Assembly: GCA_036338695.1 (NCBI GenBank)
Contig: JAYZBQ010000048.1
Location: 32,001 to 96,000, forward strand
Reading direction: 5' to 3'
From: Myxococcota bacterium
GTDB taxonomy: Bacteria; Myxococcota; UBA4151
DNA length: 64,000 bases
Of the stretch, positions 35,806-45,457 are shown in pieces. A model generated the notes under the pieces. It made no database searches and had not been told where the DNA came from. It saw only the letters and a list, made by a program, of their open reading frames with translations. The translations under genes were made by a program, and so were the position numbers. Position 1 is the first letter of the stretch. Each line of letters opens with the position of its first letter.

Positions 35806-37155
35806 TCAGTCGCTGGCGAGCCAAGCGGCTGCTTTGCGGCCATGGATCAGGGCGTCCTCCATGGCGGAATACTCCCAGTTGCCGTAGCGCCCCGTGCTCA
35901 ACACGTCGTGCTCGAGCAGATAGTCGAGCAAGACCTGGCGGCTCCTTTGGTAGTTGGGGTCCTGCAGCACATAGGCATGCGAGACGTGCTCAACGTGCAC
36001 ATCAAGGACCGAGCCCACGCCGTCGATCAACCCAGCTTCATCGAGCCCTCGCAAGCAAGCCTCCACCTCGTCCTCGACTCTCCGGTCACCTCGGTGTGCG
36101 ATCTCGACATAGAAGTTTCGCGTATCCCCGTCGGTCATCTTTGGCTCCACCGCCGAGAAGGAGCCGACCCGATAAAACGGGAACTGGCGCTCGGGGAAGT
36201 AGACCCAATGAGGCTGCCCCTCGCCATCCCAGCGGCCCTCTCGGTCGTGGTTCGAGCCCTTCGCCAGCACATCGAGGTGGCTGACCGTCGTGCTGCGTAA
36301 CAAGCTGCGCGCCTCGAGCACCTCACTCGGCAGCTCCCCCCCTCGTCCGCAGGCGTCGATCACGCTCGCAAGCGGCATCGTGGAGACGAGCCTGTCGTAG
36401 CCGATCTGCTCGCCGTCACGCGTCGTTAACCGACGTTTGGCGAGCTCGATCCGTTCGACCTGACGCTCGTGCTCCACCTCGACGTTGAGGGTTCGCTGGA
36501 TGGCGCGCGCCAAGCCTTCGATCCCGCCGCCATCATCCGGATACAAGAAGTGGGTATTGTACCCCAGCGCCTCACGAGAGGCACCGACCGCCCCAGCGAT
36601 CACGTCTTCGACCTTTGGGATCGGGATGTAGCTCGATTCACACCAGGCAGCCGACAGTTCGCGCGGGTGCACGGTCCAGATTTTCTCATTGTACGGGAAC
36701 ATGAAATGCTCTGCGATGCCGCGCCCGAACTTCTGCTCGATCCAGTCAGCGAAGGTGACCGGCTCGGGACGTTGCGGCACATTAGGGCCTCGCTCCACGT
36801 CATAAAGGCGGGCGTCCACAAAGCCTTGAAGACACGCTTGAGCGACCGCCGGCGGCAGACCGTAGGTGTTCGCTTGAAACGGGTAGAGCGTGTAGACACC
36901 GGCGCTGTAGACCCGCGCTTTGCGGTCGTGCTTGGCGAGGTTGAGCCCCGGAAGACTGGCGACCCAGTCTTGGGTCTCGGAGTCGCGCAGGTGGAGCCAA
37001 TGCCCTGTAATGTCAAAGCGGGCGCCGGCTCGCCGGCGCGTGCGCGCCTTGCCGCCGATAAACGGAGTGGCTTCGAGCAGACGCAGCTCCGACGTCGCGT
37101 GCGCTGCCGCCGAGAGGCCCGTGAGCCCCGCACCGAGGACGACGTGCTGCGTCAT
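35806..37155 (-). CDS. FAD-dependent oxidoreductase (HemY-like / UDP-galactopyranose-mutase-like)
   Basis: GAGLTGL Rossmann motif, FMFPYNEKIW, PFYRVG, GRYGNWEY; ATG at 37155 overlaps the matrixin stop. Confidence 0.75.
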   Translation of the reverse strand: MTQHVVLGAGLTGLSAAAHATSELRLLEATPFIGGKARTRRRAGARFDITGHWLHLRDSETQDWVASLPGLNLAKHDRKARVYSAGVYTLYPFQANTYGLPPAVAQACLQGFVDARLYDVERGPNVPQRPEPVTFADWIEQKFGRGIAEHFMFPYNEKIWTVHPRELSAAWCESSYIPIPKVEDVIAGAVGASREALGYNTHFLYPDDGGGIEGLARAIQRTLNVEVEHERQVERIELAKRRLTTRDGEQIGYDRLVSTMPLASVIDACGRGGELPSEVLEARSLLRSTTVSHLDVLAKGSNHDREGRWDGEGQPHWVYFPERQFPFYRVGSFSAVEPKMTDGDTRNFYVEIAHRGDRRVEDEVEACLRGLDEAGLIDGVGSVLDVHVEHVSHAYVLQDPNYQRSRQVLLDYLLEHDVLSTGRYGNWEYSAMEDALIHGRKAAAWLASD

Positions 37156-39107
37156 GACCTCAGCTTGACCCGGCGGCGACGTACCAACGCAGCGAAAAGG
37201 AGCCACTCAAGCCCGACGCCCGACGCCGAACCGCAGGCGCAACCCAGCCCGGTCTGCTGACCGCCACCAGCGCCTGGCTCGTATCGACACACGCCGGGCT
37301 CGCCCACCGAGCCATCACATAGATGATCCGCAGGGCACCAGCCGTCTCCACCGCACCATGTCGTGCAGCGCCCGTCCTGGCAGATGCCGTGCACGCACTC
37401 ACTGGCTTGAGCACACGACTCACCGACCTGGTTGGTGCCCGTGTCGCCGTCCTCGCGACACATGCCGTTGCCCATCTGATCCACGACGCAGCCTTGACCC
37501 TCGGGGCATTGATAGTGCCCGAGGCGCGGGTCGCATCCTCGACCGCAGCGTCCGATCCCATCAAAGTAGCCGCACGCGCCGCTCTGACAATGCGCATCGT
37601 CCGCACAGCGTCCTTCCGGCCCTTGGGGCTCTTGCGGCTCGAACGGCGAGCACTCATCGGATTCACAGATCTGGCCAGCCGGGCAGTCCAGATCGTCGAC
37701 GCAGCTTGCGCCCACGTAGGGAGCGCAGACGCCGCCGCCGTCGCGCGTCGGCTGACACTCGAGGCCGCCGCTGCAGTCGGCGCGCGTCTGACAGTTCTGG
37801 AAGCATCGGCGCGTGCCGTCGTAGTAGATGCAGCTGGTCCCTTCTTCACAGGGCTTGTCCTCACACGACTCACCGAGCCGGGCGAAGCGTCGGTCCAGGC
37901 ACACCCGGATCGTGTCGACACCCGGCCGCGTCACCTGCGCACACTCTTGGTCCGCACCGCAGTCCCCGTCGCGTGCGCAGGTTCGGGCACAGGTCCACCC
38001 TCGCCCGGTCGGCGCACATTCGAGACCCTCGGCGCAGGCGTAGTAGCTGTCGCACGCCTCGCCTTCTTGCGTGTCGCCGCCGTCAATGCACAGCGAGAAC
38101 CGCTGATTATTTTGACCGTCGAACGTTCGGCAGGTGGTCCCTTGTGGACAGGGCGCGTCGCCGCGCTCACAGGTCTGATAGCAGCGCGCATCGTTCTCAT
38201 CACCAAGGCACAGGAGGCCCTCCTGACACGGGCGGCCGACACAGGCCTCACCTCGGCCCGCTGCGTCGGCGAGGGCGTCGGCGCGCAGACAGACGTTCTG
38301 ACCACCGCTTTGCCGGCACTCGTAACCCGTCGGACAGTTGCCGCAGGTCTGGCTACAATACTGGCTGTTGCGATCCGTGATGCAGAGCCCTGAGTTGCAG
38401 TCGCTGTTGCGCGTACAGCCCCAGCCTAACCCGCCGCGCTGTCCCGGGTACACACCGCAGATGCCGTCGGTGTCGTCCTGCCTGAGATACCGAAACGGGT
38501 AGCCGACATAGCTGGGCGTCATCACCGCATCGACGGTGCAGTTCTCGCAAGGATGATCCAGCCCAAGGGCGTGGCCGATCTCGTGCACGGCGATGCTCTC
38601 GACGTCGATGTGTCGCCCGCGATCAGCGGTCCCCCAACGCCCTCGGTTGCTCGGATAGCTAACCTCGTTGAACTGGATATCCGCATCGACGATGTAGCAG
38701 CCATTGTAAGGGCGTCGACCGCCGCCACTGCAGGCGCCGCGCCGACCGATAAACGAGGTCGTCGTGATCCCGAGGGTCCCCGGTCCATAAGGCCAAGCCT
38801 GTGGGTTGCTCTGGAACCAGATGTTGTTGGTGTTGTCGTTGGTGGCGGTCGGCGCCCCACGTACATCGCCCAGGTCCTGACCAGCGATCGGCGAGCAGGT
38901 CACGTCCGTCCAGCTCTGCAGCCCCGAGCGAATCGCGCGCACGTCCGAGCCGTCGTTGATGCCCGAGCGGCTGCTCCCGGAGGTGTCGATGCGAAACCCG
39001 ATGGTGTTGGTCTGCGTGGTGTTCCACTTCCCGACCTGCCCTTGCCAGGCCTGCGCATCGACGGCGGCGAGCAGTAGGACGCTGGCGATGGTCAGCTTGA
39101 CGTTCAT
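37152..39107 (-). CDS. Matrixin (M10-like) metalloprotease with Cys-rich repeats and MYXO-CTERM-like tail
   Basis: Signal peptide, DADIQFN, HEIGHALGLDH, Met-turn AVMTP, many Cys modules, GCAC-hydrophobic-RRRR tail. Confidence 0.88.
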   Translation of the reverse strand: MNVKLTIASVLLLAAVDAQAWQGQVGKWNTTQTNTIGFRIDTSGSSRSGINDGSDVRAIRSGLQSWTDVTCSPIAGQDLGDVRGAPTATNDNTNNIWFQSNPQAWPYGPGTLGITTTSFIGRRGACSGGGRRPYNGCYIVDADIQFNEVSYPSNRGRWGTADRGRHIDVESIAVHEIGHALGLDHPCENCTVDAVMTPSYVGYPFRYLRQDDTDGICGVYPGQRGGLGWGCTRNSDCNSGLCITDRNSQYCSQTCGNCPTGYECRQSGGQNVCLRADALADAAGRGEACVGRPCQEGLLCLGDENDARCYQTCERGDAPCPQGTTCRTFDGQNNQRFSLCIDGGDTQEGEACDSYYACAEGLECAPTGRGWTCARTCARDGDCGADQECAQVTRPGVDTIRVCLDRRFARLGESCEDKPCEEGTSCIYYDGTRRCFQNCQTRADCSGGLECQPTRDGGGVCAPYVGASCVDDLDCPAGQICESDECSPFEPQEPQGPEGRCADDAHCQSGACGYFDGIGRCGRGCDPRLGHYQCPEGQGCVVDQMGNGMCREDGDTGTNQVGESCAQASECVHGICQDGRCTTWCGGDGWCPADHLCDGSVGEPGVCRYEPGAGGGQQTGLGCACGSASGVGLEWLLFAALVRRRRVKLRS

Positions 39108-39658
39108 CAGCGTACCCCAGCGTAACGGCGGACTTCAGCAGCCAGCTGCCGAAGCGGCATCCGAGCCGGCTCTGGCGCGTCTCCTGGGCGGATCACGCCG
39201 TCTTTACCCGGCGCCGCAAAGGCGACGTCCGTCAGCTCCTCAACGACCACAGCGGTCTCGCCGCTGCGTTTGACCAGGAAGCGGCCGAGCCCGATCCCCA
39301 CCTGCACGAAGCGCTCCTGAAAAGCAGACAAGAACAGAACCACTTCTTCACCGCTTTGGAACCGGCTGGTGCCAGGGATCACCTGAACGAGATCTCCGAG
39401 GGTCCCGCCCATCTGCAGCAACGTGATGGCTGCGCCTCGCTCATGCTTTCCCTTGAACGACTCGACCACCTCGAGCTCGATCAGGGTCGCCAGCGCGCCC
39501 GGGCGCTGCTCCACCGTACGGATCGTGCCGACGCGCACGTGCACGACGGCGTCGCTCAGCTCGGTCATCTGCGCTCGATCGAGCTTCATTACGGTGGTTG
39601 CGTCGGCTGGTGCTGACCAGCACAAACCGGCGCCGAGTATGATCGCCATCATCCGCAT
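39107..39658 (-). CDS. Secreted small beta protein, putative OB/TIMP-like fold
   Basis: Signal peptide (SAPADA), SDAVVHVRV..LEVVESFKG..GG..FQSGEEVVLFL pattern; ATG at 39658 behind GAGAGGA. Confidence 0.6.
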   Translation of the reverse strand: MRMMAIILGAGLCWSAPADATTVMKLDRAQMTELSDAVVHVRVGTIRTVEQRPGALATLIELEVVESFKGKHERGAAITLLQMGGTLGDLVQVIPGTSRFQSGEEVVLFLSAFQERFVQVGIGLGRFLVKRSGETAVVVEELTDVAFAAPGKDGVIRPGDAPEPARMPLRQLAAEVRRYAGVR

Positions 39659-40986
39659 CGTCGTCTTCCTCTCAAACCCCACATCGCCGCTACCATGATC
39701 CACCACCAGGCGCTGTGCAAAGAACCGCTTGTGCACCCGCACCCCGTCTCTGGATCTTGATCGCCGCAGCGTGTCAAATCAACCGTTTCGACCACACAAT
39801 AGCCGCCCCGGCACGAAGTGCCAGTCGGACAAACGTCCCCCTCGGAGCACCGCTGCGTACAGAGGTGGCGCTCGACCCCCCGGATGCTCGCAGGCTCGCA
39901 CAACCCGGTTGCGCAGAGTTCGGGCTGCGGCAAAAAATTGTCCGGGCGGTTACACTGCGCACCGATCGGGAGGTACTCGCCGTTGTCGGCGCCTCCCATC
40001 AGGCTCACACAGTAGCCGTCGCCCTCGATGGCGAGCCGGCAGCTCATCCCACCGGGGCATGGGTCGTCCATAGCGCATCGGCGGCTGCACTTCCCTTGAC
40101 GACACAGTCCCGACGAACACTCACAATTCTCAGCGCACCCCTCGCCGAGCCGCAAGCTCGCCTGCTCAACGTCGGCGCGCACGCCAGGGTAGAGCTCGCA
40201 GATGCCCGCCACATCGCTCGGACGCGGCCCGATCTCGGGATGCCCAGACCAAGCCGGCGCCATAATGGCGTCGCTGCCCGACGGCGTATGCCCCAAGCCG
40301 GTGAGGTGACCGAACTCATGCAGCATGACCGAGAAGACGTCGATCGCGTCGCCACCAGTCGTCGGCGTCGACCACCGGTGATGCACCCCGTTCATCAAGA
40401 TATCGGAGTCCGTGCTGCGGTCCCCGCTCATCGAGGTCACCGTGACCCCAAGCGTCGCCGGTCCTCCCGGAAAACCGGTCTCCATCCAGAAAAACTTGTT
40501 TCGGCCATCCGCCGCCTGATCCCAGGTCGCAAAGTCAGGATCCTGCTCTTCAGCCTCAAAGACGCTGCACGGCACCAGCCGCCAGCTCCTGATGGCGGCG
40601 CGCATGGCATCCGTTGAGACGCTCGGGTCGTCAAAGTCGGCGCTCCCCGCCGGGTCGATCGAGTAGATCAGGCGACCGACGCAGGTCTCCTCCCGGCAGT
40701 ATCCGTCCGTGCAGCGGCGACCGTCCAAGCAGTCGGCGTCGCCCTGGCAGGTGCCAAACCGGCCCGTTTGGCGACACGACTTCCCCGCCGGGCACCCACC
40801 CACGCAGGACTCGCCCAGCACCGACCAGCGCCAATTGGACCGCAAAAACATTGGCTGCGGACCGCAGCTCGCCTCCGGCCAGCAGCCGTGAGCGGGTCCA
40901 CAGAGCCCCTCGGTACACGGGTTCTCCGCTGCGAGCGATGGCGCAGCGAACAGACCGACGATGAGGACGAGGCTTACGCGAAGCAC
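39649..40986 (-). CDS. Second matrixin metalloprotease with Cys-rich repeats and MYXO-CTERM-like tail
   Basis: GTG start at 40986 behind GGAGGGG; DSDILMN, HEFGHLTGLGH, AIMAP, GCGC-hydrophobic-RGRRR tail. Confidence 0.85.
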   Translation of the reverse strand: MLRVSLVLIVGLFAAPSLAAENPCTEGLCGPAHGCWPEASCGPQPMFLRSNWRWSVLGESCVGGCPAGKSCRQTGRFGTCQGDADCLDGRRCTDGYCREETCVGRLIYSIDPAGSADFDDPSVSTDAMRAAIRSWRLVPCSVFEAEEQDPDFATWDQAADGRNKFFWMETGFPGGPATLGVTVTSMSGDRSTDSDILMNGVHHRWSTPTTGGDAIDVFSVMLHEFGHLTGLGHTPSGSDAIMAPAWSGHPEIGPRPSDVAGICELYPGVRADVEQASLRLGEGCAENCECSSGLCRQGKCSRRCAMDDPCPGGMSCRLAIEGDGYCVSLMGGADNGEYLPIGAQCNRPDNFLPQPELCATGLCEPASIRGVERHLCTQRCSEGDVCPTGTSCRGGYCVVETVDLTRCGDQDPETGCGCTSGSLHSAWWWIMVAAMWGLRGRRRCG

Positions 40987-41105
40987 CGAAATTCCCCTCC
41001 TGGAGCGGTGTAGAAATAGGGCGCAATGAGCCGCTTCCGCAACCACCCCGACCGATTCGCGAGTTTGTGTGCACGCCGAGTCAAAAAGCGGATACACGAA
41101 AGCCC

Positions 41106-42293
41106 ATGAGCGAACGACCACTCCACGTACCAGGATTTCGCTTCGGTGGCTGGCGCTGCGGGATCAAACCCAGCGGTGGGATGGACCTTGGGCTGATCCT
41201 GGCGGACCGCCCGGTGCCCGCAGCTGCGGTGTTCACCCAGAACCAAATTTTTGCGGCGCCGGTCGCTGCGAGCCGTGCGGCGATCCAGGGCGGGCGCGCC
41301 CAAGCGGTCATCGTGAACTCTGGAAACGCCAACGCCTGCACCGGCGCAGCGGGCGTCGAGGCGACGCAACGGACGGTGGCACAGCTCGCAAGCGCCCTCG
41401 GGTGTGCTGAAGAACACATCCAAGTGGCCAGCACAGGCGTGATCGGCGTCCCGTTACCGGTCGAGAAGATCACCGATCAGCTCGACGAGGCGGTGCGCGC
41501 AGCCGCCGCCAGTCAAGCCTCGGCCGACGAGTTTGGCGACGCGATCTGCACGACGGACCGTTTCCCAAAGGGCGCGAGCCGGCGCGTCCAAGGGTACACG
41601 GTCTCGGTGTTCGCCAAAGGCGCGGGCATGATTGCGCCGAATATGGCGACGATGCTGGCCTACGCGGTCACCGACGCGCCCATCGACAGCGGCGCGCTCG
41701 CTGCGCTGTGGGGCCGCGTGATCGATCAAAGCTTTAACGCCGTTATGGTCGACGGCGACACCTCGACCAACGACACCGCCGTCATCATGGCCGGCGGACG
41801 CGGCGAGCCGCTCGCTGGGCAGGACCTCGCCCGCTTTGAGGTGGCGCTTTTGGCTGCCTGTCAGGAGGCGGCTGTTCAGCTGGTCGAAGATGGTGAGGGC
41901 GCCCGTTGCATCGTGGAGCTTCGGGTGCGTGGGGCCCGCTCTAACGCCGAGGCTCGCTCCATTGCGCAAACGATCGCGCTGTCCCCCTTGTGCAAGACGG
42001 CCTTCTTTGGCGCTGACCCCAACTGGGGGCGGATCATCGCCGCCGCCGGGCGCAGCGCTGCGAGCCTTGAGCCCGAGCGGCTCCACCTGACCTTGCGCGC
42101 CGGTGAGCACGCTGTGCCCTTGTTCGCGCACGGCGTACCGCTCGATTTCGATCATGCGCTGGCGGTTAAGCTCATGCGCTCGGCGCGCTTTGGCTTTGAT
42201 TTGGACGTAGGCGCCGGGGAGAGCACCCATCGCCTCTGGACCTGCGACTTAGGGCATAATTACGTGACCTTAAACGCTGAATACACGACGTAA
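41106..42293 (+). CDS. argJ: Ornithine acetyltransferase ArgJ
   Basis: NSGNANACTG, STGVIG, KGAGMIAPNMATML, DGDTSTND, DPNWGRI, NAEYTT. Confidence 0.96.
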   Translation: MSERPLHVPGFRFGGWRCGIKPSGGMDLGLILADRPVPAAAVFTQNQIFAAPVAASRAAIQGGRAQAVIVNSGNANACTGAAGVEATQRTVAQLASALGCAEEHIQVASTGVIGVPLPVEKITDQLDEAVRAAAASQASADEFGDAICTTDRFPKGASRRVQGYTVSVFAKGAGMIAPNMATMLAYAVTDAPIDSGALAALWGRVIDQSFNAVMVDGDTSTNDTAVIMAGGRGEPLAGQDLARFEVALLAACQEAAVQLVEDGEGARCIVELRVRGARSNAEARSIAQTIALSPLCKTAFFGADPNWGRIIAAAGRSAASLEPERLHLTLRAGEHAVPLFAHGVPLDFDHALAVKLMRSARFGFDLDVGAGESTHRLWTCDLGHNYVTLNAEYTT

Positions 42294-42302
42294 GGGTATA
42301 CC

Positions 42303-43916
42303 GTGGTTGCAGCCATCCTCTTCTTCTTGTTGCTGTTTACGCCGCTCATCTTTTTGCATGAGCTCGGGCATTACGTGGCGGCGCGCCTGTGCCGCGTGCG
42401 CGTCGAGGCCTTCTCGGTCGGCTTTGGGCGCGTCCTATGGAAAACGCAGCGCTGGGGGACCGAGTGGCGGTTATCGGCGGTCCCCTTCGGCGGCTACGTC
42501 AAGATGGCCGGCGAGAATCACCACGACGACCGCACCCCCGAACCCGACGAACTCTGGGCGAAGTCGCCGTGGCAGCGCGCCTTCATCGCCTTCGCCGGTC
42601 CGGCGGTTAACCTCGCCTTACCCGTCCTCGTCTTCACCTGGTTTTTGATGAGCGGACACAACGTCATTGCGCCCATCATCGGTGGGATCAACGCCGGCTC
42701 TGCCGCTGCCAACGCCGGCATCCAAACGGGCGATCGGATCCTGCGCATCGACGATCAAAAGATCACGGGGTGGAGCGACCTGGCCGGGTTAATCGGGCCT
42801 GCCGCAGGGCGGTCGCTGAGCATGGTCGTCGAGCGCAACGGACAGCCCGTCACCTTGACCGTGACGCCAGACACGAAAACCGTCGAGGACCCCTTGGGTG
42901 GGCTCACGCAGCGCGGCATGCTCGGGATCAGCAGCGCTGCCCAAGCGCCGTTCATTGCGCCCCGTCCAGGCGACGACCAGCTCCAGGCCTTCGACCGGGT
43001 CACCCAAGTGGACGGCAAGCCCATCCGCACGCTTCACGAGCTCAAGCTGGCGCTCACCGACGCCGACGCAGCGGAGCTGACCATCGAGCGTGACCCTCAG
43101 CGTCAGCCCGGCAAACGCTTCGTGCAGGCTAAGGCGCAGGAGCAGCGGATCTCGTGGACCCGGCCTCAAGGGGTGACCGGCTTCCCCTTTGAACCAGTCG
43201 AGTTGCTGGTTGAGGGCGTCAAAGACAACAGCCCAGCGCAGGAGGCTGGGCTGGCAGCAGGTGACCGTATCCGCGCCGTGGACGGTGTCTCGATCGCCAC
43301 CTGGGGCGAGCTCGAGCAACACCTCTTGTCCGCACCGGAACAGCGTGGCGACGTGCGCGTCGAGCGGATGAGCGGTGACGGCGTTGTGGAGCTGCTGACG
43401 ATGACCTTGAGCCTGCGCGAAGCGGAGGTGGACGGCCCCTTACGCTCGAGCCGCAAGGTCATGGACCACGGGATCCTGCGCACCTACTGGCATGCGGCGC
43501 CGAAGGTTGAGACCATCGAGCTCGGATTGGTCGGCGCAACGGTGCTCGCCACCCAGCGCTGCGCTCAGATCATTGGGACCATGGTCGAAGGCTTGCGGCG
43601 TATCCTCGTCGGGCGCGTCTCGGTCAAGCAGATCGGCGGCCCCGTCATGCTCTATGACATCGCTGCGGAGGTCTCAAAGACCAAGGACACCTTCTGGCAT
43701 TGGTTTAGCCTCTTGAGTCTGAACCTCGGGATCATGAACCTGCTCCCGGTCCCGGTGCTCGACGGCGGCTTGATCCTGCTGAGCGGTATCGAGATCCTGC
43801 GGCGCCGGCCTTTGACAGTCGCGCTGCGCGAGAAGGCGAACTATATTGGGTTGTTCTTGGTGCTTGCGCTGATGCTCACGGCGGTCGTCAACGACGTCAT
43901 GAGAGTCTTCGGCTAA
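42303..43916 (+). CDS. rseP: RIP metalloprotease RseP with PDZ domains
   Basis: HELGH, GGYVKMAGE, AGPAVN, NLLPVPVLDGG. Confidence 0.93.
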   Translation: MVAAILFFLLLFTPLIFLHELGHYVAARLCRVRVEAFSVGFGRVLWKTQRWGTEWRLSAVPFGGYVKMAGENHHDDRTPEPDELWAKSPWQRAFIAFAGPAVNLALPVLVFTWFLMSGHNVIAPIIGGINAGSAAANAGIQTGDRILRIDDQKITGWSDLAGLIGPAAGRSLSMVVERNGQPVTLTVTPDTKTVEDPLGGLTQRGMLGISSAAQAPFIAPRPGDDQLQAFDRVTQVDGKPIRTLHELKLALTDADAAELTIERDPQRQPGKRFVQAKAQEQRISWTRPQGVTGFPFEPVELLVEGVKDNSPAQEAGLAAGDRIRAVDGVSIATWGELEQHLLSAPEQRGDVRVERMSGDGVVELLTMTLSLREAEVDGPLRSSRKVMDHGILRTYWHAAPKVETIELGLVGATVLATQRCAQIIGTMVEGLRRILVGRVSVKQIGGPVMLYDIAAEVSKTKDTFWHWFSLLSLNLGIMNLLPVPVLDGGLILLSGIEILRRRPLTVALREKANYIGLFLVLALMLTAVVNDVMRVFG

Positions 43917-45403
43917 TGCTCCCAGACGGCGCTGACCCTTGCGTCGACCGCCATCGGGACCTCAGGAAAAAGATCGACGCCGGCGCCGAGCATCGCCTGA
44001 ACAAGCGCTGAGCGCGCAGCCTCAGCGTGGGCTGAGTCGACCTCAACCAGCAGTTCATCGTGGACCATGTTCACGAGCGCCGGGCGACCCGCAAGGTCGG
44101 CAGCCGCACGCACAAACCGGATCGCCGCCCACTTGATCAGGTCCGCGCCGGCCCCCTGCACCGGATAGTTGAGCGCAAGCGTTGAGGACACTTTGCCCTC
44201 GTCCAATTGGAGCTGGCGACCGCTGATGGTCGCCAGCCGCCGCGTCTGACGGGCGCGACGCTGCGCCTCCTCCCGCCACTGAGCCAACCGAGGAAAGCTC
44301 TCAAAATACTTATCAAGCAGCGCGCGCGCCTCGCTGACCGGGAGCTCAAGGCTCTCAGCCAAGCGCCGAGCGCCCATCCCATAGATCAGCCCAAAATTGA
44401 TCGCCTTGGCGGCGTGGCGCAGGTGCGGCTGCTCGGTCTTGCTCACCGGCTGACCGAACAAACGGGTGGCGACGGCGCTGTGGAAATCGCCGGACAACAG
44501 CGTCTCTCGAAACACCTGGTCGCCGGACAACGACGCGACGATGCGCAGCTCGCACCCGGAGTAGTCCGCGCTGATCAGCACCCGCCCTTCCGGTGCGCGC
44601 ACACAAGGTCTCAGGACGGCAGGGATGTTTTGCAGGTTAGGATCCCCGCAGCTCATCCGGCCGGTGTGCGCGCCGAGCGGCTCGAAGTGACCAAAAATTC
44701 GGCCGCGCACCTGACGCTCGGTGTAGCGCTCATAGGTGCTCGTCAGCTTGCTCGCCTCACGCCATGCGAGCAGCGCCTGAGCAGCCGGATGCTGGACACC
44801 GCTCAGGGTGCTCTTGCTCAGGTCCTTGAGATGGAACCCCTCACTGCGGAACCAAGCTAAGAGCTTGTTGCGCTCGCCGGGCTCGATGTTTGGGTTGCCG
44901 CCAAAGTCAGTGCCTACCCGGTCGGTGAGCTGACGCCGCGCCGCCTGCGCCCGCTCATGCGCCGCCGACAAGACCTCGTCCCAAGCCCACAGATCAACGG
45001 GCAAACCTGCGGCTTGAAGCCGTTCGCACACCGGCAAAAAGGTGCTCTCGAGCCGCGCAACGCGCGCCAACCCCGCGTCTTTCAGGCGCTGACCTACCTG
45101 CGCAGCGAGCTCTAAGATGGCTTGCGGCTGGGCCGGCTCAGGCAGCTCAAACCCCTGATAACCCGCCTGCTCGATCAGGCGCTTGTAGTCTTTGAGCGCG
45201 ACACAACGGGCGGGCTTCAGCCCGAGCCGCTGCGCCTGACGTAAGGGGCGACGATCGACGACGACGCAGACCGGAACGGAATCTCCGTGGACCGCAAGCG
45301 TTTGCTCGGTCAGCGGCTCGGTCTGGGTTCCATTTGAGATCAACACGCCGCCGCGCGGGTCATCGAGCAAGACGACCGCTGAACTCAAGAGAAGATTGGA
45401 CAA
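43913..45403 (-). CDS. Short family A DNA polymerase (polymerase domain, no recognisable exonuclease)
   Basis: TGRMSCGDPNLQNIP, motif A ADYSGCELR, motif B RHAAKAINFGLIYG, NYPVQG, motif C VHDEL; probable TTG start at 45403 behind GGGAG. Confidence 0.85.
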   Translation of the reverse strand: MSNLLLSSAVVLLDDPRGGVLISNGTQTEPLTEQTLAVHGDSVPVCVVVDRRPLRQAQRLGLKPARCVALKDYKRLIEQAGYQGFELPEPAQPQAILELAAQVGQRLKDAGLARVARLESTFLPVCERLQAAGLPVDLWAWDEVLSAAHERAQAARRQLTDRVGTDFGGNPNIEPGERNKLLAWFRSEGFHLKDLSKSTLSGVQHPAAQALLAWREASKLTSTYERYTERQVRGRIFGHFEPLGAHTGRMSCGDPNLQNIPAVLRPCVRAPEGRVLISADYSGCELRIVASLSGDQVFRETLLSGDFHSAVATRLFGQPVSKTEQPHLRHAAKAINFGLIYGMGARRLAESLELPVSEARALLDKYFESFPRLAQWREEAQRRARQTRRLATISGRQLQLDEGKVSSTLALNYPVQGAGADLIKWAAIRFVRAAADLAGRPALVNMVHDELLVEVDSAHAEAARSALVQAMLGAGVDLFPEVPMAVDARVSAVWEH

Positions 45404-45457
45404 GCTGAGACTCCCATGGCCAGAGTGCACCGCATCGCAGCGCATGGCGAGGATTTG

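Noticed and set aside
43913..45403. Prophage-derived DNA polymerase
   Set aside because: No phage genes nearby; neighbours are rseP and a host regulator.
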